The position numbers and the translations under genes were made by a program. Below are positions 16,627 through 27,060 of a stretch of 32,000 nucleotides of DNA, piece after piece. The notes below the pieces were generated by a model, which was not told where the DNA came from, did no database searches, and saw only the letters and a list, made by a program, of their open reading frames with translations. The stretch comes from Saccharolobus solfataricus. GTDB lineage: Archaea; Thermoproteota; Thermoprotei_A; Sulfolobales; Sulfolobaceae. How positions within the stretch are numbered: the stretch's first letter is position 1; every line of letters starts with the position of its first letter. The stretch lies in the NCBI RefSeq assembly GCF_900079115.1, contig NZ_LT549890.1, forward strand, positions 2,190,001-2,222,000, given 5' to 3'.

Positions 16627-16711
16627 TGCGGGGGACGGGATTTGAACCCGTGCAGGCCTTCGCCAGCGGAGCCTCAGTCCGCCCCCTTTGCCCTAGCTCG
16701 GGCACCCCCGC
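16627..16711 (-). tRNA. tRNA-Leu (anticodon GAG), class II with a long variable arm
   Basis: Manual cloverleaf fold. Acceptor GCGGGGG/CCCCCGC, anticodon stem GCGGA/TCCGC, loop CTGAGGC (U33, GAG, G37). Variable arm GGC-GAAG-GCC, T arm ACGGG-TTCAAAT-CCCGT, discriminator A. No CCA is encoded. Confidence 0.9.
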
Positions 16712-16736
16712 ATATCAATACTTTATATTAACTAGG

Positions 16737-16742
16737 TATAAA
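16737..16742 (-). promoter_or_regulatory. tRNA-Leu TATA box (TTTATA at -31 to -26)
   Basis: Position relative to tRNA nucleotide +1 fits the Sulfolobus promoter consensus. Confidence 0.55.
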
Positions 16743-16845
16743 GTTTTACCATAGAATAAGACAGAAGGACTTCAGGAAGTAGATGAATGTTTCAAACTTT
16801 AAGACTATAATTCAAGGAAGGAACGGAGTTAAGAAGCTCTTTTTT

Positions 16846-17008
16846 GGGTTATTCAAGTATTTGTTGATAATTCACTTTATTTCAAAGACGCTATGGATTT
16901 AACTAAATTAAAACGACTGAATAGCAGAGATACATAGTTACTAATATTAACATTTTTTATATCTACATTATTCGCAAATTATAATTCACAAAGAGACTTG
17001 AATCACCC
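16846..17008 (+). mobile_element. MITE copy C (163 bp), a diverged member of the same family
   Basis: GGGTTATTCAAG...ACTTGAATCACCC, collinear with copy A (ATTCACTTTATTT.AAAGA, TTAACTAAAT, AGCAGAGAT.CAT, TTAACAT.TTT, ATTAT.C.CAAA). The flanking duplication is not clean. Confidence 0.7.
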
Positions 17009-17392
17009 TTCTTTTGAAGTGAGAATAACTTAGGTTAATAGGAAGAGATACTCTATGGATCTCATTTCATTTGATAACTAGGTGGATATAGAAAGATTTG
17101 TTCAAGATAGCTATTTGAGCATTAGAGAAATTCTATAAATAAAGAGTTTAAACAAATAGTTATTATTACTCATGATATTAGTATGTGATTCAATGACGTA
17201 GAGATTGATAGGGAAACTTCTATTATTCGAATTTATGGTATCTAATTATCTCTCTACTGCTGCTTAAATTTACAATTGATAGGATGCGGGAACTCCCTCA
17301 TTGGAAAAAATTAATCCGAGTACGATGTAAAAAGTTTTAGCGTGGTCTCTCGCTTAGTTGTTCTTTAAAAGTAAGTTGAAGGTGTAAGGTCT

Positions 17393-18382
17393 TTGGTAGG
17401 CAATAAAGTAAAATCCTTTATGTTACCGATTATTTCGTATGCTGTTCCTACATTTGTGTTAGTTTATCCATCGTTCTTTGTAAGCTGGCTCAGTGAGTCT
17501 ATGCATTTAGCGTATTGGGAGGTGTTCGCAATAGTTGCTTTACCATTTCTAGGCAGAATAATTGGCTCTTTCATATACCAAGTATTCAAAAATAGTGTAA
17601 TTTCTTACTGCTTTCCATTTCTTGGCTTTTTGGTTATTCTTCAAAATTTTTTAGGAGCTTTAATTTTTGTGAGATTTCTAGTAGGGGTAATATTTGGTCT
17701 GTTAACGAGCTATGCTGTTGAGAGTGCAGTTAAAAGTGGTAGAAATGTGTTAGTAGGTTTTACCACCGCAGGTTGGCCTATAGGTTGGGTAATTAGTTAT
17801 GTTGCATATGTTTTACTTAAAAATTGGAATGTAATTAATATAAGTGGAATTTTGATAATGTTATTAGCGCTATTTGAATTAAATGGGAAGGAGTTTGGAG
17901 AGAGAAGTAAGATTTCTGTATCCTTTCCTAGGCTTACCTCAATATTGATTTATGTATCAGCATTAACACCAGCTTTCATTTTGCAAGTCATGCCGAGCTT
18001 TTTGGAGGTGATAAAACTTACTTGGTTAATCCTTCCATCCTATTTATTATCAATTCCAACTTATGTGCTTTTACCTATAATTAGCGAAAAGGTAGGAATT
18101 AGAAAGGTTTTGGTTATTAGTTCCATTATTGTAATACTTAGTTGCGTTATTACCTTTCTTCTATTACCCATGATGGTAATTGTTTTCACTAGTATCGGTC
18201 TTGGTATTTTAGGGATAACACCGAAATATCTTGCAATTAGAGGTGAAGATCCAAAGAGGATGGGTTTGGCCTTGAACATTGGTTCAGTAATGGGTCTTAT
18301 ATTACCAGTAGTGTATGGGCTAATGCCATTTTCATCAGAGTTTTTATTATCCATTTTAATGGTTTTAATGATATTAATATGA
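17393..18382 (+). CDS. MFS-like multi-pass transporter
   Basis: 329 aa with about 10 hydrophobic helices. FLVGVIFGLLTSYAVESAVKSGRNVLVGFTTAGWPIGWV resembles the MFS TM4-TM5 region. The start is uncertain (TTG at 17393 or ATG at 17420). Confidence 0.55.
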   Translation: MVGNKVKSFMLPIISYAVPTFVLVYPSFFVSWLSESMHLAYWEVFAIVALPFLGRIIGSFIYQVFKNSVISYCFPFLGFLVILQNFLGALIFVRFLVGVIFGLLTSYAVESAVKSGRNVLVGFTTAGWPIGWVISYVAYVLLKNWNVINISGILIMLLALFELNGKEFGERSKISVSFPRLTSILIYVSALTPAFILQVMPSFLEVIKLTWLILPSYLLSIPTYVLLPIISEKVGIRKVLVISSIIVILSCVITFLLLPMMVIVFTSIGLGILGITPKYLAIRGEDPKRMGLALNIGSVMGLILPVVYGLMPFSSEFLLSILMVLMILI

Positions 18383-18473
18383 AACGAGATCGGCAGATTT
18401 TTAAGGTACAAGATCTTAAAGACATAATGATTAGGGATGAGTCTTTGACGAATATGCTTTAAATAAGCAGGAA

Positions 18474-19547
18474 TTGAAGGCACTAATTAAGGAATTGAAG
18501 AAATGGAAAGCGCCAGCCACTGTACTTCTGTCTTTATATATACCACCCGGTAGGCCTATTCCCGACGTAGTTAATCTTCTTAGACAAGAGTACTCCATAG
18601 CTCAGAACATAAAGCTCAAGAGAACTAGAGATGCTGTACTTTCCGCAATAGGTGCAGCAATAGACAGGCTTAATAAGATACCGAAGATAGATGGTAATGG
18701 TTTGGTATTGTTTTGTGGCGAAAATTTTGATACTGAGGACTTTAAGTGTTTTATGTTTTCTCCACCTGATAAAGTTCCATTATTCTTTTATAGAACAGAT
18801 AAGGAATTTCATCTAGAATTTTTAGAGGATATGGTGGAGGATACTGCAGTATATGGCCTTATAATTGTGGAGAGGGATGAAGCTACTATAGGTTTGCTTA
18901 AGGGGGCTAGGATAGAAATTTTGGAGGAGATTGAAGGTTTTGTACCAGGTAAACATATGATGGGAGGGCAGTCTCAGAGAAGAATCGATAGAATAATTGA
19001 CGAGATGTATCATAATTTCTTAAAGGAGGTTGGTGAGAAAGTGAATGCGTATTTTATGCCTTTTGTTCAGAATGGTAAGATGAAAGGTGTATTATTAGGA
19101 GGTCCAGGATATGCTAAGGAGGATTTCTATAAAGAAGACTATGTTGACTATAGAATAAAGAATTTAATTTTACAACCTTTAATTGACGTTTCTGACCAAG
19201 GTGAGGTTGGGTTAAGGGAAATGATAATGAAGGCTGAGGATTTGTTAAAGAATCAGCAGTACATTGAGGTAGAGAAATTACTAGAGGAATTAAAGTATCA
19301 TTTGGCTAAGGATGATGGATTGATAATTTACGGGAAGGAACAGATTAAGAAAGCTATGGAAATAGGGGCTATAGAGGCTATAGTAATTCATGAGGACTCT
19401 ACTGATAAAGAATTGGAGAAATTAGCACAAGATGCAGAAAATTACGGTGTTAAAGTTTTTGTTGTTGGTGATGAAGTGCCAGAGGCTGAATGGGTTAAAA
19501 AAACATTTAATGGTATAGTAGGTAAGTTAAGGTATAGGCTATATTAG
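18474..19547 (+). CDS. prf1: Peptide chain release factor aRF1
   Basis: 357 aa with the GGQ motif ([10 protein letters not shown]), a NIK-type motif ([11 protein letters not shown]) and eRF1 domain order. TTG is the only start candidate after the in-frame TGA at 18447. Confidence 0.9.
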   Translation: MKALIKELKKWKAPATVLLSLYIPPGRPIPDVVNLLRQEYSIAQNIKLKRTRDAVLSAIGAAIDRLNKIPKIDGNGLVLFCGENFDTEDFKCFMFSPPDKVPLFFYRTDKEFHLEFLEDMVEDTAVYGLIIVERDEATIGLLKGARIEILEEIEGFVPGKHMMGGQSQRRIDRIIDEMYHNFLKEVGEKVNAYFMPFVQNGKMKGVLLGGPGYAKEDFYKEDYVDYRIKNLILQPLIDVSDQGEVGLREMIMKAEDLLKNQQYIEVEKLLEELKYHLAKDDGLIIYGKEQIKKAMEIGAIEAIVIHEDSTDKELEKLAQDAENYGVKVFVVGDEVPEAEWVKKTFNGIVGKLRYRLY

Positions 19548-20180
19548 TCAGACTATTTTTCTTCTTTTCATTTCTGTAAGTATTTTATCTAATGAGATGG
19601 GTGGATTCTCTATGCCATAACTCTCAACAAAATTCCTTTTAAGTTCATTTATATCGATATCTTTAGTTTTCCTTTCTATCAAGATTTTATTCACTAAGTT
19701 GATTTCGTCCTCCCAATAATTCCAAGGATACATAAACCATGCCCAGCTTACTATTTCTTCAGCATAGTAATCTGGTATTATTTTTGCAGCAGGCTTTATG
19801 TATTGTAAGGTCGCTGTTTTTACTTCTGTTGGTCTAAAATTTTCCATTACATATTTCCGGGCTAATTCTATACTATCTCCGGTATCTGTTATATCATCTA
19901 TTATAAGTACGTTCTTATCTGATAGATCAACCTTAAACGGATACTTCACTTTAGCCTCTGGAGTGTGTGATGCTGTTTCTATCCAATGTTCTATCTTTAT
20001 TGATAATATATCAAAAACACCTAAGACGTCAGCCACTAACCTAGCTGGAACCAAACCTCCTCTTGCTATTGCAACTATTACATTGACGTTATACTCATCA
20101 GCTTTAATTTTCTCAGCCAATTTGGTAGAGAGACTTACTATTTCATCCCATGTTACCACTTTCACTGGTATTTTTTGCAA
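19548..20180 (-). CDS. Purine phosphoribosyltransferase (type I PRTase with a C-terminal extension; possibly adenine PRTase)
   Basis: 210 aa with the PRPP loop [14 protein letters not shown] and a TTG start. It is divergent from the MTA phosphorylase gene, which produces adenine. Confidence 0.8.
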
Positions 20181-20264
20181 AATTAACTCCCCAAAAAATC
20201 TCTGTTAAAACTTTATCAATTTTTTGGTTTATACTTTATAAGGTATGTTAGTGTATTTCATCTT

Positions 20265-21077
20265 ATGATTGAGCAAAATGAAAAAGCCTCGATTGGGATT
20301 ATTGGCGGATCTGGACTATACGATCCGGGTATCTTTTCGGAGAGTAAGGAGATAAAGGTGTATACACCTTATGGGCAACCGAGTGATTTTATAACTATAG
20401 GTAAAATAGGGAATAAATCTGTAGCCTTTTTACCTAGACACGGAAGGGGACATAGAATTCCTCCTCATAAAATAAACTATAGGGCCAATATTTGGGCATT
20501 AAAAGAACTTGGTGTTAGGTGGGTGATTTCAGTTTCTGCAGTAGGTAGTTTAAGAATGGATTATAAACTTGGAGATTTTGTTATACCAGATCAATTTATA
20601 GATATGACTAAGAATAGAGAATACAGCTTCTTTGATGGTCCTGTAGTAGCTCATGTCTCAATGGCTGATCCATTTTGTAATAGCTTAAGGAAATTGGCAA
20701 TAGAGACCGCAAAAGAATTAAACATAAAGACGCATGAAAGTGGTACCTATATATGTATTGAGGGTCCTAGGTTTTCTACAAGGGCTGAGAGTAGAACGTG
20801 GAGAGAAGTTTATAAGGCTGATATAATTGGTATGACGCTAGTCCCAGAGGTTAATCTTGCGTGTGAGGCACAAATGTGTTATGCCACTATTGCTATGGTA
20901 ACTGATTACGATGTTTTCGCTGAGATCCCTGTGACAGCAGAGGAGGTTACTAGAGTTATGGCAGAGAATACGGAAAAAGCTAAGAAACTTTTATATGCGT
21001 TAATTCAAAAACTACCGGAAAAACCAGAAGAGGGGTCGTGTTCCTGTTGCAACAGTCTGAAGACAGCACTAGTATAA
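20265..21077 (+). CDS. mtnP: 5'-methylthioadenosine phosphorylase (MTAP II type)
   Basis: 270 aa, [10 protein letters not shown]...[13 protein letters not shown]...GMT. The C-terminal Cys cluster [10 protein letters not shown] matches the CXC motif described for S. solfataricus MTAPII. A TATA box (CTTTATAAGG) lies about 25 nt upstream. Confidence 0.9.
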   Translation: MIEQNEKASIGIIGGSGLYDPGIFSESKEIKVYTPYGQPSDFITIGKIGNKSVAFLPRHGRGHRIPPHKINYRANIWALKELGVRWVISVSAVGSLRMDYKLGDFVIPDQFIDMTKNREYSFFDGPVVAHVSMADPFCNSLRKLAIETAKELNIKTHESGTYICIEGPRFSTRAESRTWREVYKADIIGMTLVPEVNLACEAQMCYATIAMVTDYDVFAEIPVTAEEVTRVMAENTEKAKKLLYALIQKLPEKPEEGSCSCCNSLKTALV

Positions 21078-21115
21078 AGAAATTAGTGAGGTTTTTTAAC
21101 ATTAATTTTCCTCAA

Positions 21116-21823
21116 ATGGATTTAATAGTATACGGTCGTGGTTTGGAGCTTCCTGCATTTACTCTTGGAAGAGCTCTTTCTTCCTTGAAGAATAAGATGA
21201 TCAACGTATTAAATATTTACGATTTTCTTTTTATCTGCAACCCCTACATTGAGGTTTCAAACGTTGTGGCATTTACGGGGGACGAAAACGAACTACGTGA
21301 TCTTTTGGATGGTTTGGAAAGTCTAAGGGTAAATGGGCGTATTTATTTTTGCGGCATAACAAATATTAAACCTAGATATAACTTTGTTTCAATTACGAGT
21401 TTTGATAAAAGTTTCTGCGAGATTAATCTATCATTATCTATCTTGAAGATATTGAGTAATGATAATATAAAACGAGAAAAAATGATTTTGGATCAATTAA
21501 ATGATATTTCGGACTTAGATGATTACGTGAAGAACTACGCTAATGTTTTTAGTTTGGATCAGCCTATCCTCTTGTCTCCAATCATGCTCCCGGCCAAGTC
21601 TTTCCTAGAGAGTCTCGGAGTAAATGTTTCAAGTTATTTTGACACTAAAATATTAGATAGCGTGCAGATAGTGTATACTGGTGTCGATATGCATATTATT
21701 AAGAGAGTGATTTTTTCCTTGAGATCTAAGGGGAAGAAGGTTACTGATATTTTGATAGATGCAGACCCGCTATTAGCACCCATATATTTAAGTATGATTA
21801 TGTTTTACTTAAAAAAGAAATAA
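21116..21823 (+). CDS. Hypothetical protein (possible SIS-like fold)
   Basis: I prefer the ATG at 21116 (MDLIVYGRGLELPAF...). The track start at 21038 overlaps the mtnP end. No family recognised with confidence. Confidence 0.5.
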   Translation: MDLIVYGRGLELPAFTLGRALSSLKNKMINVLNIYDFLFICNPYIEVSNVVAFTGDENELRDLLDGLESLRVNGRIYFCGITNIKPRYNFVSITSFDKSFCEINLSLSILKILSNDNIKREKMILDQLNDISDLDDYVKNYANVFSLDQPILLSPIMLPAKSFLESLGVNVSSYFDTKILDSVQIVYTGVDMHIIKRVIFSLRSKGKKVTDILIDADPLLAPIYLSMIMFYLKKK

Positions 21824-21839
21824 AGGAGGTTCAGCTAAT

Positions 21840-22685
21840 TTGAGTATTATAGAGTTCTGGTTAGAGGCTAAAGCTACTATTGACCGTTTAATAGAGCAGT
21901 TTCTAAACTCAAATAGGGATTGGGATCTAGTTGATATAAGTAGTTATATTCTTAAAGATGGTAAACGATTTAGGGGAACTTTAAACATGTTCTTCACTGT
22001 CGCTTTAGGAGGAGACATTAAAGATTCTTATGGAGGGGCTTTAGCTATTGAAATTCTCCATTCTGCTTCCTTAGCTTTGGATGATATAGTTGATCTCGAC
22101 GCGACTAGGAGAGGTGATAAGGCTGCATGGGTTGTATATGGAAATAGAAAAGTAATTTTTATAACGAATTATCTTATTCCTACAGCTCTAAGGATAATTC
22201 AGACTTCTTATGGTGACGATGCTTTAAATACTAGTATTGAGTTATGGAAAGACACCTCAGTGGGTGCTCTAAGGGATATGTATGATAATAGTGATTATAT
22301 ACGAACAATTGAATTAAAAACCGGTAGTTTATTTAAGCTCTCTACGGTACTATCAGCCTACGCTTCTAAACACTATAATACGAAACAACAGATGCTGGAT
22401 GTAGGCAAGTATTTAGGGATAATCTATCAAGTAATAGACGATTTTGTTGACTATAAAACTAAGAAAGTAGAGGAGATAGATGGTAGTGCAAAGCAATTGT
22501 TTAAATATTATCGAGAAGGAAAGTTAGAAGAATATGTTAGGTCAGTATATTTAGAATATAAGCAAAAATATGATGAGTTAATAAGTAATATTCCCTTCCA
22601 ATCTAAATATCTTAGTGAGATAAGGTCACTCCCAGAGTTCTTAGCTAACGGGCTTCTAAAGGAGGCTAACATAGATAAGATTTAA
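21840..22685 (+). CDS. trans-Polyprenyl diphosphate synthase (hexaprenyl-PP synthase-like)
   Basis: 281 aa with the first DDxxD motif LALDDIVDLD and a second, VIDDFVD. The size matches the 281-aa S. solfataricus HexPPS, as far as I recall. Confidence 0.85.
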   Translation: MSIIEFWLEAKATIDRLIEQFLNSNRDWDLVDISSYILKDGKRFRGTLNMFFTVALGGDIKDSYGGALAIEILHSASLALDDIVDLDATRRGDKAAWVVYGNRKVIFITNYLIPTALRIIQTSYGDDALNTSIELWKDTSVGALRDMYDNSDYIRTIELKTGSLFKLSTVLSAYASKHYNTKQQMLDVGKYLGIIYQVIDDFVDYKTKKVEEIDGSAKQLFKYYREGKLEEYVRSVYLEYKQKYDELISNIPFQSKYLSEIRSLPEFLANGLLKEANIDKI

Positions 22686-22714
22686 GAAATTTAAATTCAA
22701 GGTCTTTTTGGTGA

Positions 22715-23608
22715 ATTATTATTAGACTTGCAGTAATCCATGAATCTGAGAAGGTTACTAAGGCTTCTAAGCAACTTTTACTTGAGGTAAAAAGTAGAAA
22801 TCATAGTGCGTATTATATAAGAATTTCCAAACTAAATGCAGAAATAACCGAGCATGGCATAGAATTTACATATAGTGGAAGGAAGGTTGATATAGATGGA
22901 GGACTAATAAGGAACTTGGGCTTCATCTCTACTACTGAGCAGTTCATAAAGAGGTTCGATGTATTAAGGGAGCTAGAAAGAAATGGAGTAGTACTAATGA
23001 ATAGGCCAGATTCGATGTTGCTAGCCAGGGATAAGTTTGCAAGTTTAATGAGAATGAGAAGGGCAGGTATTCCAGTTCCAAACACTGCACTAGTAGAAGA
23101 TCCCTTCGAAGTTATGAGATTAGCAGAAAGATGGGGCGAAGTTGTGATAAAACCTGTAGTGGGAAGTCTAGGTTTAGGATCCGTTAAGGTTTCAGATCCA
23201 GATATAGCGTTTAGAGTAGCTAAGGCTATTTTATCGGTAAATCAGCCAGTTTACGTTCAAAAATATGTAAAGAAACCAGATAGAGATATTAGAGTGATTG
23301 TAATTGGGGATAAAGTTCTAGGAAGCATATATAGAATATCGAAGAGTGGATGGAAAACTAATATAGCCCAAGGCGCTACAGCACAAGTTTTAATTCCAGA
23401 TGCAGAATTAGAAGAAATAAGCTTAAAGAGTGTTAGAGTCCTCGGTTTGGATTATGCTGGGATAGATATTATAGAAGATGTGGAGAACGGTGGTTATAAG
23501 ATAATTGAAGTTAATGCAGCACCTTTGTGGGACGGATTTGAGGCAGCTACAAATATTAATCCAGCTAAATATATTGTCACGCATTTAATAGAAAAGATTA
23601 GGAGATGA
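22715..23608 (+). CDS. RimK/LysX-family ATP-grasp ligase; start codon unresolved
   Basis: The track ORF (22916-23608) holds the ATP-grasp core ([34 protein letters not shown]). The 67 in-frame codons upstream ([14 protein letters not shown]...[13 protein letters not shown]) align by eye with the LysX/RimK N-domain. They contain no ATG, GTG or TTG. Confidence 0.75.
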   Translation: MIIRLAVIHESEKVTKASKQLLLEVKSRNHSAYYIRISKLNAEITEHGIEFTYSGRKVDIDGGLIRNLGFISTTEQFIKRFDVLRELERNGVVLMNRPDSMLLARDKFASLMRMRRAGIPVPNTALVEDPFEVMRLAERWGEVVIKPVVGSLGLGSVKVSDPDIAFRVAKAILSVNQPVYVQKYVKKPDRDIRVIVIGDKVLGSIYRISKSGWKTNIAQGATAQVLIPDAELEEISLKSVRVLGLDYAGIDIIEDVENGGYKIIEVNAAPLWDGFEAATNINPAKYIVTHLIEKIRR

Positions 23609-23655
23609 GGAATAGAAAACCGTCTGAAATGTGATGAAGAGCTCTCGCTCCTGAT

Positions 23656-24117
23656 TTAAAGATCGAGCTCTTTCTTGTCCTTTATTGATCTAAGTACAAG
23701 CATTGTATACGTCGAGGTGACTCCATCCATATTTCCTATCTTATCTAAAACTTTTGCTAAATCTTCTCTAGTCGGTACTCTCACTTTCAGTACCGCATAA
23801 TATTCTCCAGTTACATCATAAATTTCGTAGATTTCTTTCATTTCCACTAATTGTTTTAGTATATTATCGTATTTCTTAGGATCAGCTTTTATTAATATGA
23901 AAGCTACAACACTGAGCCCTATCTTATCGAAATCTATTTCAGTATAAAAACCCTTAATCACACCATTTTCTTTTAATCTCTTTATTCTGACATATATTGT
24001 AGCCTCGCTTAAATTAAGCATCTTGGCTAGCCTTGAGAAAGGTATTCGTGAATCTTGTTGTAGTATATTAAGTATCTTTTTATCAATATCGTCAAGATAG
24101 TAAAATGAGGAATTCAA
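23656..24117 (-). CDS. Lrp/AsnC-family transcription regulator
   Basis: 153 aa with the [50 protein letters not shown], followed by a RAM/ACT-like domain. Confidence 0.9.
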   Translation of the reverse strand: MNSSFYYLDDIDKKILNILQQDSRIPFSRLAKMLNLSEATIYVRIKRLKENGVIKGFYTEIDFDKIGLSVVAFILIKADPKKYDNILKQLVEMKEIYEIYDVTGEYYAVLKVRVPTREDLAKVLDKIGNMDGVTSTYTMLVLRSIKDKKELDL

Positions 24118-25112
24118 ATAAGAGACCTCCCAAAGATCTTTATTAAATCAACTCTATTAAATTCGCCTATAGCAAATTTTAAAATTAGTTGAGGATCATT
24201 GTTAAGAAGAGCCTTCGAAAGTCTTGCCGTGCCTGGATCGTTCTCTTTTGTCATTTTTATAATTTTAGCGTGCCAGTTTAATGACCAATATAACTTACTC
24301 TTTTTAAATTCTTTTTTGAAATCTTTTCTATTTAATATAGAATCGGCTAAAATTTTTGAAGAAATAATTGATGGTCTTATTCCCTCCCCAGTTATTGCAT
24401 ATACTGTACCCAAAGCCTCACCAGTATAATTACCGTCTAATCTGTCTTCTATTACCCCGTAATCAGTAACCCTAGCCCCATGAAACGTTCTAATTCTACC
24501 CTTGAGGATTTGTTTCAATCTTTCCTTTAGCTCCGGTACCTCAGCATATCCTCCAATTCCGATTTTAGATCCCTCCCTATCTGGAAATACCCAAGCGTAA
24601 CCCAAAAAGCCAGAGTAAAAATAGAATTCCACAACTTCTTTATCTATTTCGTAGTCAGTAATGTATTGAATAGCTGGTATTGACATAGACTTACTTACAC
24701 TATAATGGCCTGTTGCAAATATCACTTTATCGTGATCTAGTGATTTATCGTTTATGTAGTACTTATCATCTTTTTTTACGACTTTAGAATTAAATTCAAC
24801 ATTTACTTCTTGTGAAAGTCTTTTCAAGAAAAGAGGCTTATCAATTATGTATCCTAACTTATTATCTGTCCTTATATCAAATACAAGTTTATTATCAAGA
24901 TATATTCTAAAACCCCTTATCTCACTAATTATAGTTTCATTGGGTATTGGTATTATATTTTCTATCCCAGTTATTAAGCCCCATGCACAAGGCTTAAGTC
25001 CAGGCTCCGGCATGCTCTCGTAAACAGTTGCCTCAACTTTCCTACTTCCTTTTAAAAAGTAAGCTAAAGATAATCCTGCAGGACCAGCTCCTACTATTGC
25101 TATTCTCGTCAT
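24114..25112 (-). CDS. FAD-dependent oxidoreductase, short paralog of the geranylgeranyl reductase family
   Basis: [14 protein letters not shown] dinucleotide motif and a [11 protein letters not shown] (YxWxFP) motif. 332 aa. ATGA overlap with the lrp-like gene. Confidence 0.75.
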   Translation of the reverse strand: MTRIAIVGAGPAGLSLAYFLKGSRKVEATVYESMPEPGLKPCAWGLITGIENIIPIPNETIISEIRGFRIYLDNKLVFDIRTDNKLGYIIDKPLFLKRLSQEVNVEFNSKVVKKDDKYYINDKSLDHDKVIFATGHYSVSKSMSIPAIQYITDYEIDKEVVEFYFYSGFLGYAWVFPDREGSKIGIGGYAEVPELKERLKQILKGRIRTFHGARVTDYGVIEDRLDGNYTGEALGTVYAITGEGIRPSIISSKILADSILNRKDFKKEFKKSKLYWSLNWHAKIIKMTKENDPGTARLSKALLNNDPQLILKFAIGEFNRVDLIKIFGRSLI

Positions 25113-25119
25113 ATGTTAT

Positions 25120-25632
25120 TCACTTTTTTCTGAAGTAAAATAAAGCTATAATAGCCAATATTAAAAATCCAGTATATAAGGGCAAGAGTGCGTAAAAGTT
25201 TGTTATGAATACTCTGCCTATTATTGCTCCGACAATTAAAACTAATATAAATGCAAAGAAACCGTTTCCTATATCTAGTATATCTGCCTTTATTAAATTA
25301 GGTAATATCGATTTTAGGACCAGAAATAAGTTATATATGAACGGAATAGATAAGGCTAACGTAACTATTGCAAATTTATACTCATCTTGATATGCCATTG
25401 CGAAGAAAATACCCGCTACATCTGCGAATGTTGATAGTGTTGTAAAGTAGAGGGTGCTAATTGCGGTTTTTATATCGTTGGACCAAGGTTTTTCAGAAAT
25501 TAAAATATACACTGCAATAACGAAGTCTATTATAGCTCCTACTAAAAATCCTATAAATGAATCTATTAACCCTGGAATTACTGGTAAAATAATCATCAAT
25601 ATGGAAAGGGGTAACGTGTAACTGGCTTTCAT
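25120..25632 (-). CDS. Integral membrane protein (5-6 TM helices), unknown function
   Basis: 170 aa, hydrophobic throughout. It lies 7 nt downstream of the GGR-like gene. Confidence 0.55.
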   Translation of the reverse strand: MKASYTLPLSILMIILPVIPGLIDSFIGFLVGAIIDFVIAVYILISEKPWSNDIKTAISTLYFTTLSTFADVAGIFFAMAYQDEYKFAIVTLALSIPFIYNLFLVLKSILPNLIKADILDIGNGFFAFILVLIVGAIIGRVFITNFYALLPLYTGFLILAIIALFYFRKK

Positions 25633-25689
25633 CCTATTCTTAAAGACTATTAATTAGAAAATAAAAATATCTATTCCCAATAGAAGAGT

Positions 25690-26520
25690 GTGAGATATAA
25701 TTTACCAGTACTCGTAGTACACGGCGGGGCAGGAAGTTGGCAAATAGCTGATCAAGATAAGGCAAAATTGACAATAAGCGAAGCGTTAGAAAGAGGGTAC
25801 TATGAATTTAGGAAAGGTTCTGCAATAGAAGCTGTAGTAGAGGCAATATATTATATGGAGGAGTCTGGGGTTTTCGATGCTGGAAAGGGTAGTGTGAGAA
25901 ACTCAGCCGGCTATATCGAAATGGATGCTGGAATAATGGTAGGTAATACACTTCAAGTGGGAGGTATAATGGGGTTAAGAGAGGGCAGTGCGATAAAAAA
26001 GGCATTGGAAATCCTATTCCAAAATAGGCATGTATTGATGATAGGTTCTAATTATAATAGTTCGAATTCTAATAATAGTGCAATTTACGAAAGTAAGGTT
26101 TCTGGAGATACTGTAGGTGCAGTAGCATTAGATCAGCATGGTAATCTAGTTGCAGGAACTAGCACTGGAGGTATAAAAGGAAAATTACCAGGTAGAGTTG
26201 GTGATTCCCCTATTCCGGGTGCTGGCTATTACGCTACGTCTAATGTGGCAGTTTCTAGTACTGGAATTGGTGAGATAATTTTAAGGATATTACCCGCTAA
26301 AGAAGTTGATATTTTGGTCTCATTGGGTTTCACTATTGATGATGCACTAAGGGCGGTAGTAAATAAGGTGACTAAGACTTTCGGAAAAGATAATATAGGA
26401 ATGATTGGATTAGATAAGTATGGAAACGCCTCAGCTTACTATAATACAAAAGGCATGGCTAGAGGTGTTATCTCCTCTGATGGAGTCAAGAAAGTATATG
26501 TCTTCGAGGGTGACATCTAA
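25690..26520 (+). CDS. Plant-type L-asparaginase / isoaspartyl peptidase (Ntn hydrolase)
   Basis: [10 protein letters not shown], autoprocessing site [10 protein letters not shown], and [18 protein letters not shown] start. Confidence 0.88.
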   Translation: MRYNLPVLVVHGGAGSWQIADQDKAKLTISEALERGYYEFRKGSAIEAVVEAIYYMEESGVFDAGKGSVRNSAGYIEMDAGIMVGNTLQVGGIMGLREGSAIKKALEILFQNRHVLMIGSNYNSSNSNNSAIYESKVSGDTVGAVALDQHGNLVAGTSTGGIKGKLPGRVGDSPIPGAGYYATSNVAVSSTGIGEIILRILPAKEVDILVSLGFTIDDALRAVVNKVTKTFGKDNIGMIGLDKYGNASAYYNTKGMARGVISSDGVKKVYVFEGDI

Positions 26521-27060
26521 ATGAAAATCTTAGTAATGAGCAACATTAGATTCCCCGAGCCTCATGTTGAAAGTACTTTATCAAGTATAATAAAGAAGGA
26601 AGAGCCTGAGGTTATTGTATTGAATGGCGATACTACCCAATGTTATTGGGATTATGAGTGCCCCAGAGTTATTGATGTACTTTATGTTATCAGAAGTATA
26701 GCACCTTGGGCTCAGATAATTTACGTTCAAGGAGATATGGATCCGCATGCGATAAAATGCATAACTGCAGAACCCAGATATAGGGAGGAGATAATTGGTA
26801 CAACTATGTATATTGCAGAAGCAGCTTCTGTCAAATATCACATTATTCATGGGCATCAAGGAGAAATAGATCAGTTAAGGAAAAGTATTGGAGCAGGCCC
26901 ATGGGATTGGTTAGTAATAGGTCAATATAAGAGATTAGAAATAGATAAACTAGCAAGGGTATTATATAGCGGTGGTATAACTAGAGAATTCCCACCTGAG
27001 GCAAGGGGTTACGTAGTTATAACAGACTCCAATTTTTATATTAGAAATCTTAGAACTTAA
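26521..27060 (+). CDS. Calcineurin-like metallophosphoesterase-fold protein
   Basis: [11 protein letters not shown]...VIVLNGD...VQGDMDPH...IIHGHQG. Motif I is degenerate (SNIRF where DxH is expected). It starts 1 nt after the asparaginase stop. Confidence 0.6.
   Translation: MKILVMSNIRFPEPHVESTLSSIIKKEEPEVIVLNGDTTQCYWDYECPRVIDVLYVIRSIAPWAQIIYVQGDMDPHAIKCITAEPRYREEIIGTTMYIAEAASVKYHIIHGHQGEIDQLRKSIGAGPWDWLVIGQYKRLEIDKLARVLYSGGITREFPPEARGYVVITDSNFYIRNLRT

Larger units (their letters stand above)
16482..16754 (+). pseudogene. SSV-type (fusellovirus/pSSVi-like) integrase N-terminal fragment, Int(N), reading into the tRNA (att)
   Basis: MGNKVFTFGDIRIREVKGKYYVYLIEKDSEGKRRDNYVGPLDEIVKGY...GFEP parallels the SSV1 integrase N-terminus (recalled as [42 protein letters not shown]...GFEP). 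From about codon 49 the ORF is antisense to the tRNA-Leu, so the tail is not genuine protein. A TTTTAAAA box lies about 25 nt upstream of the ATG. Confidence 0.85.

Noticed and set aside
16482-16754. 90-aa ORF as an intact small protein
   Set aside because: Residues from about 49 onward are the antisense translation of tRNA-Leu and its promoter. Only the N-terminal ~48 aa are integrase-derived (Int(N)).
10461-17008. Possibility that the three ~165-bp repeats form a CRISPR array or rRNA/tRNA-related repeats
   Set aside because: The repeats are too long, lie kilobases apart and occur in both orientations. Each has its own TIRs and two have TSDs, which is MITE behaviour. No short regularly spaced repeats occur anywhere in the window.
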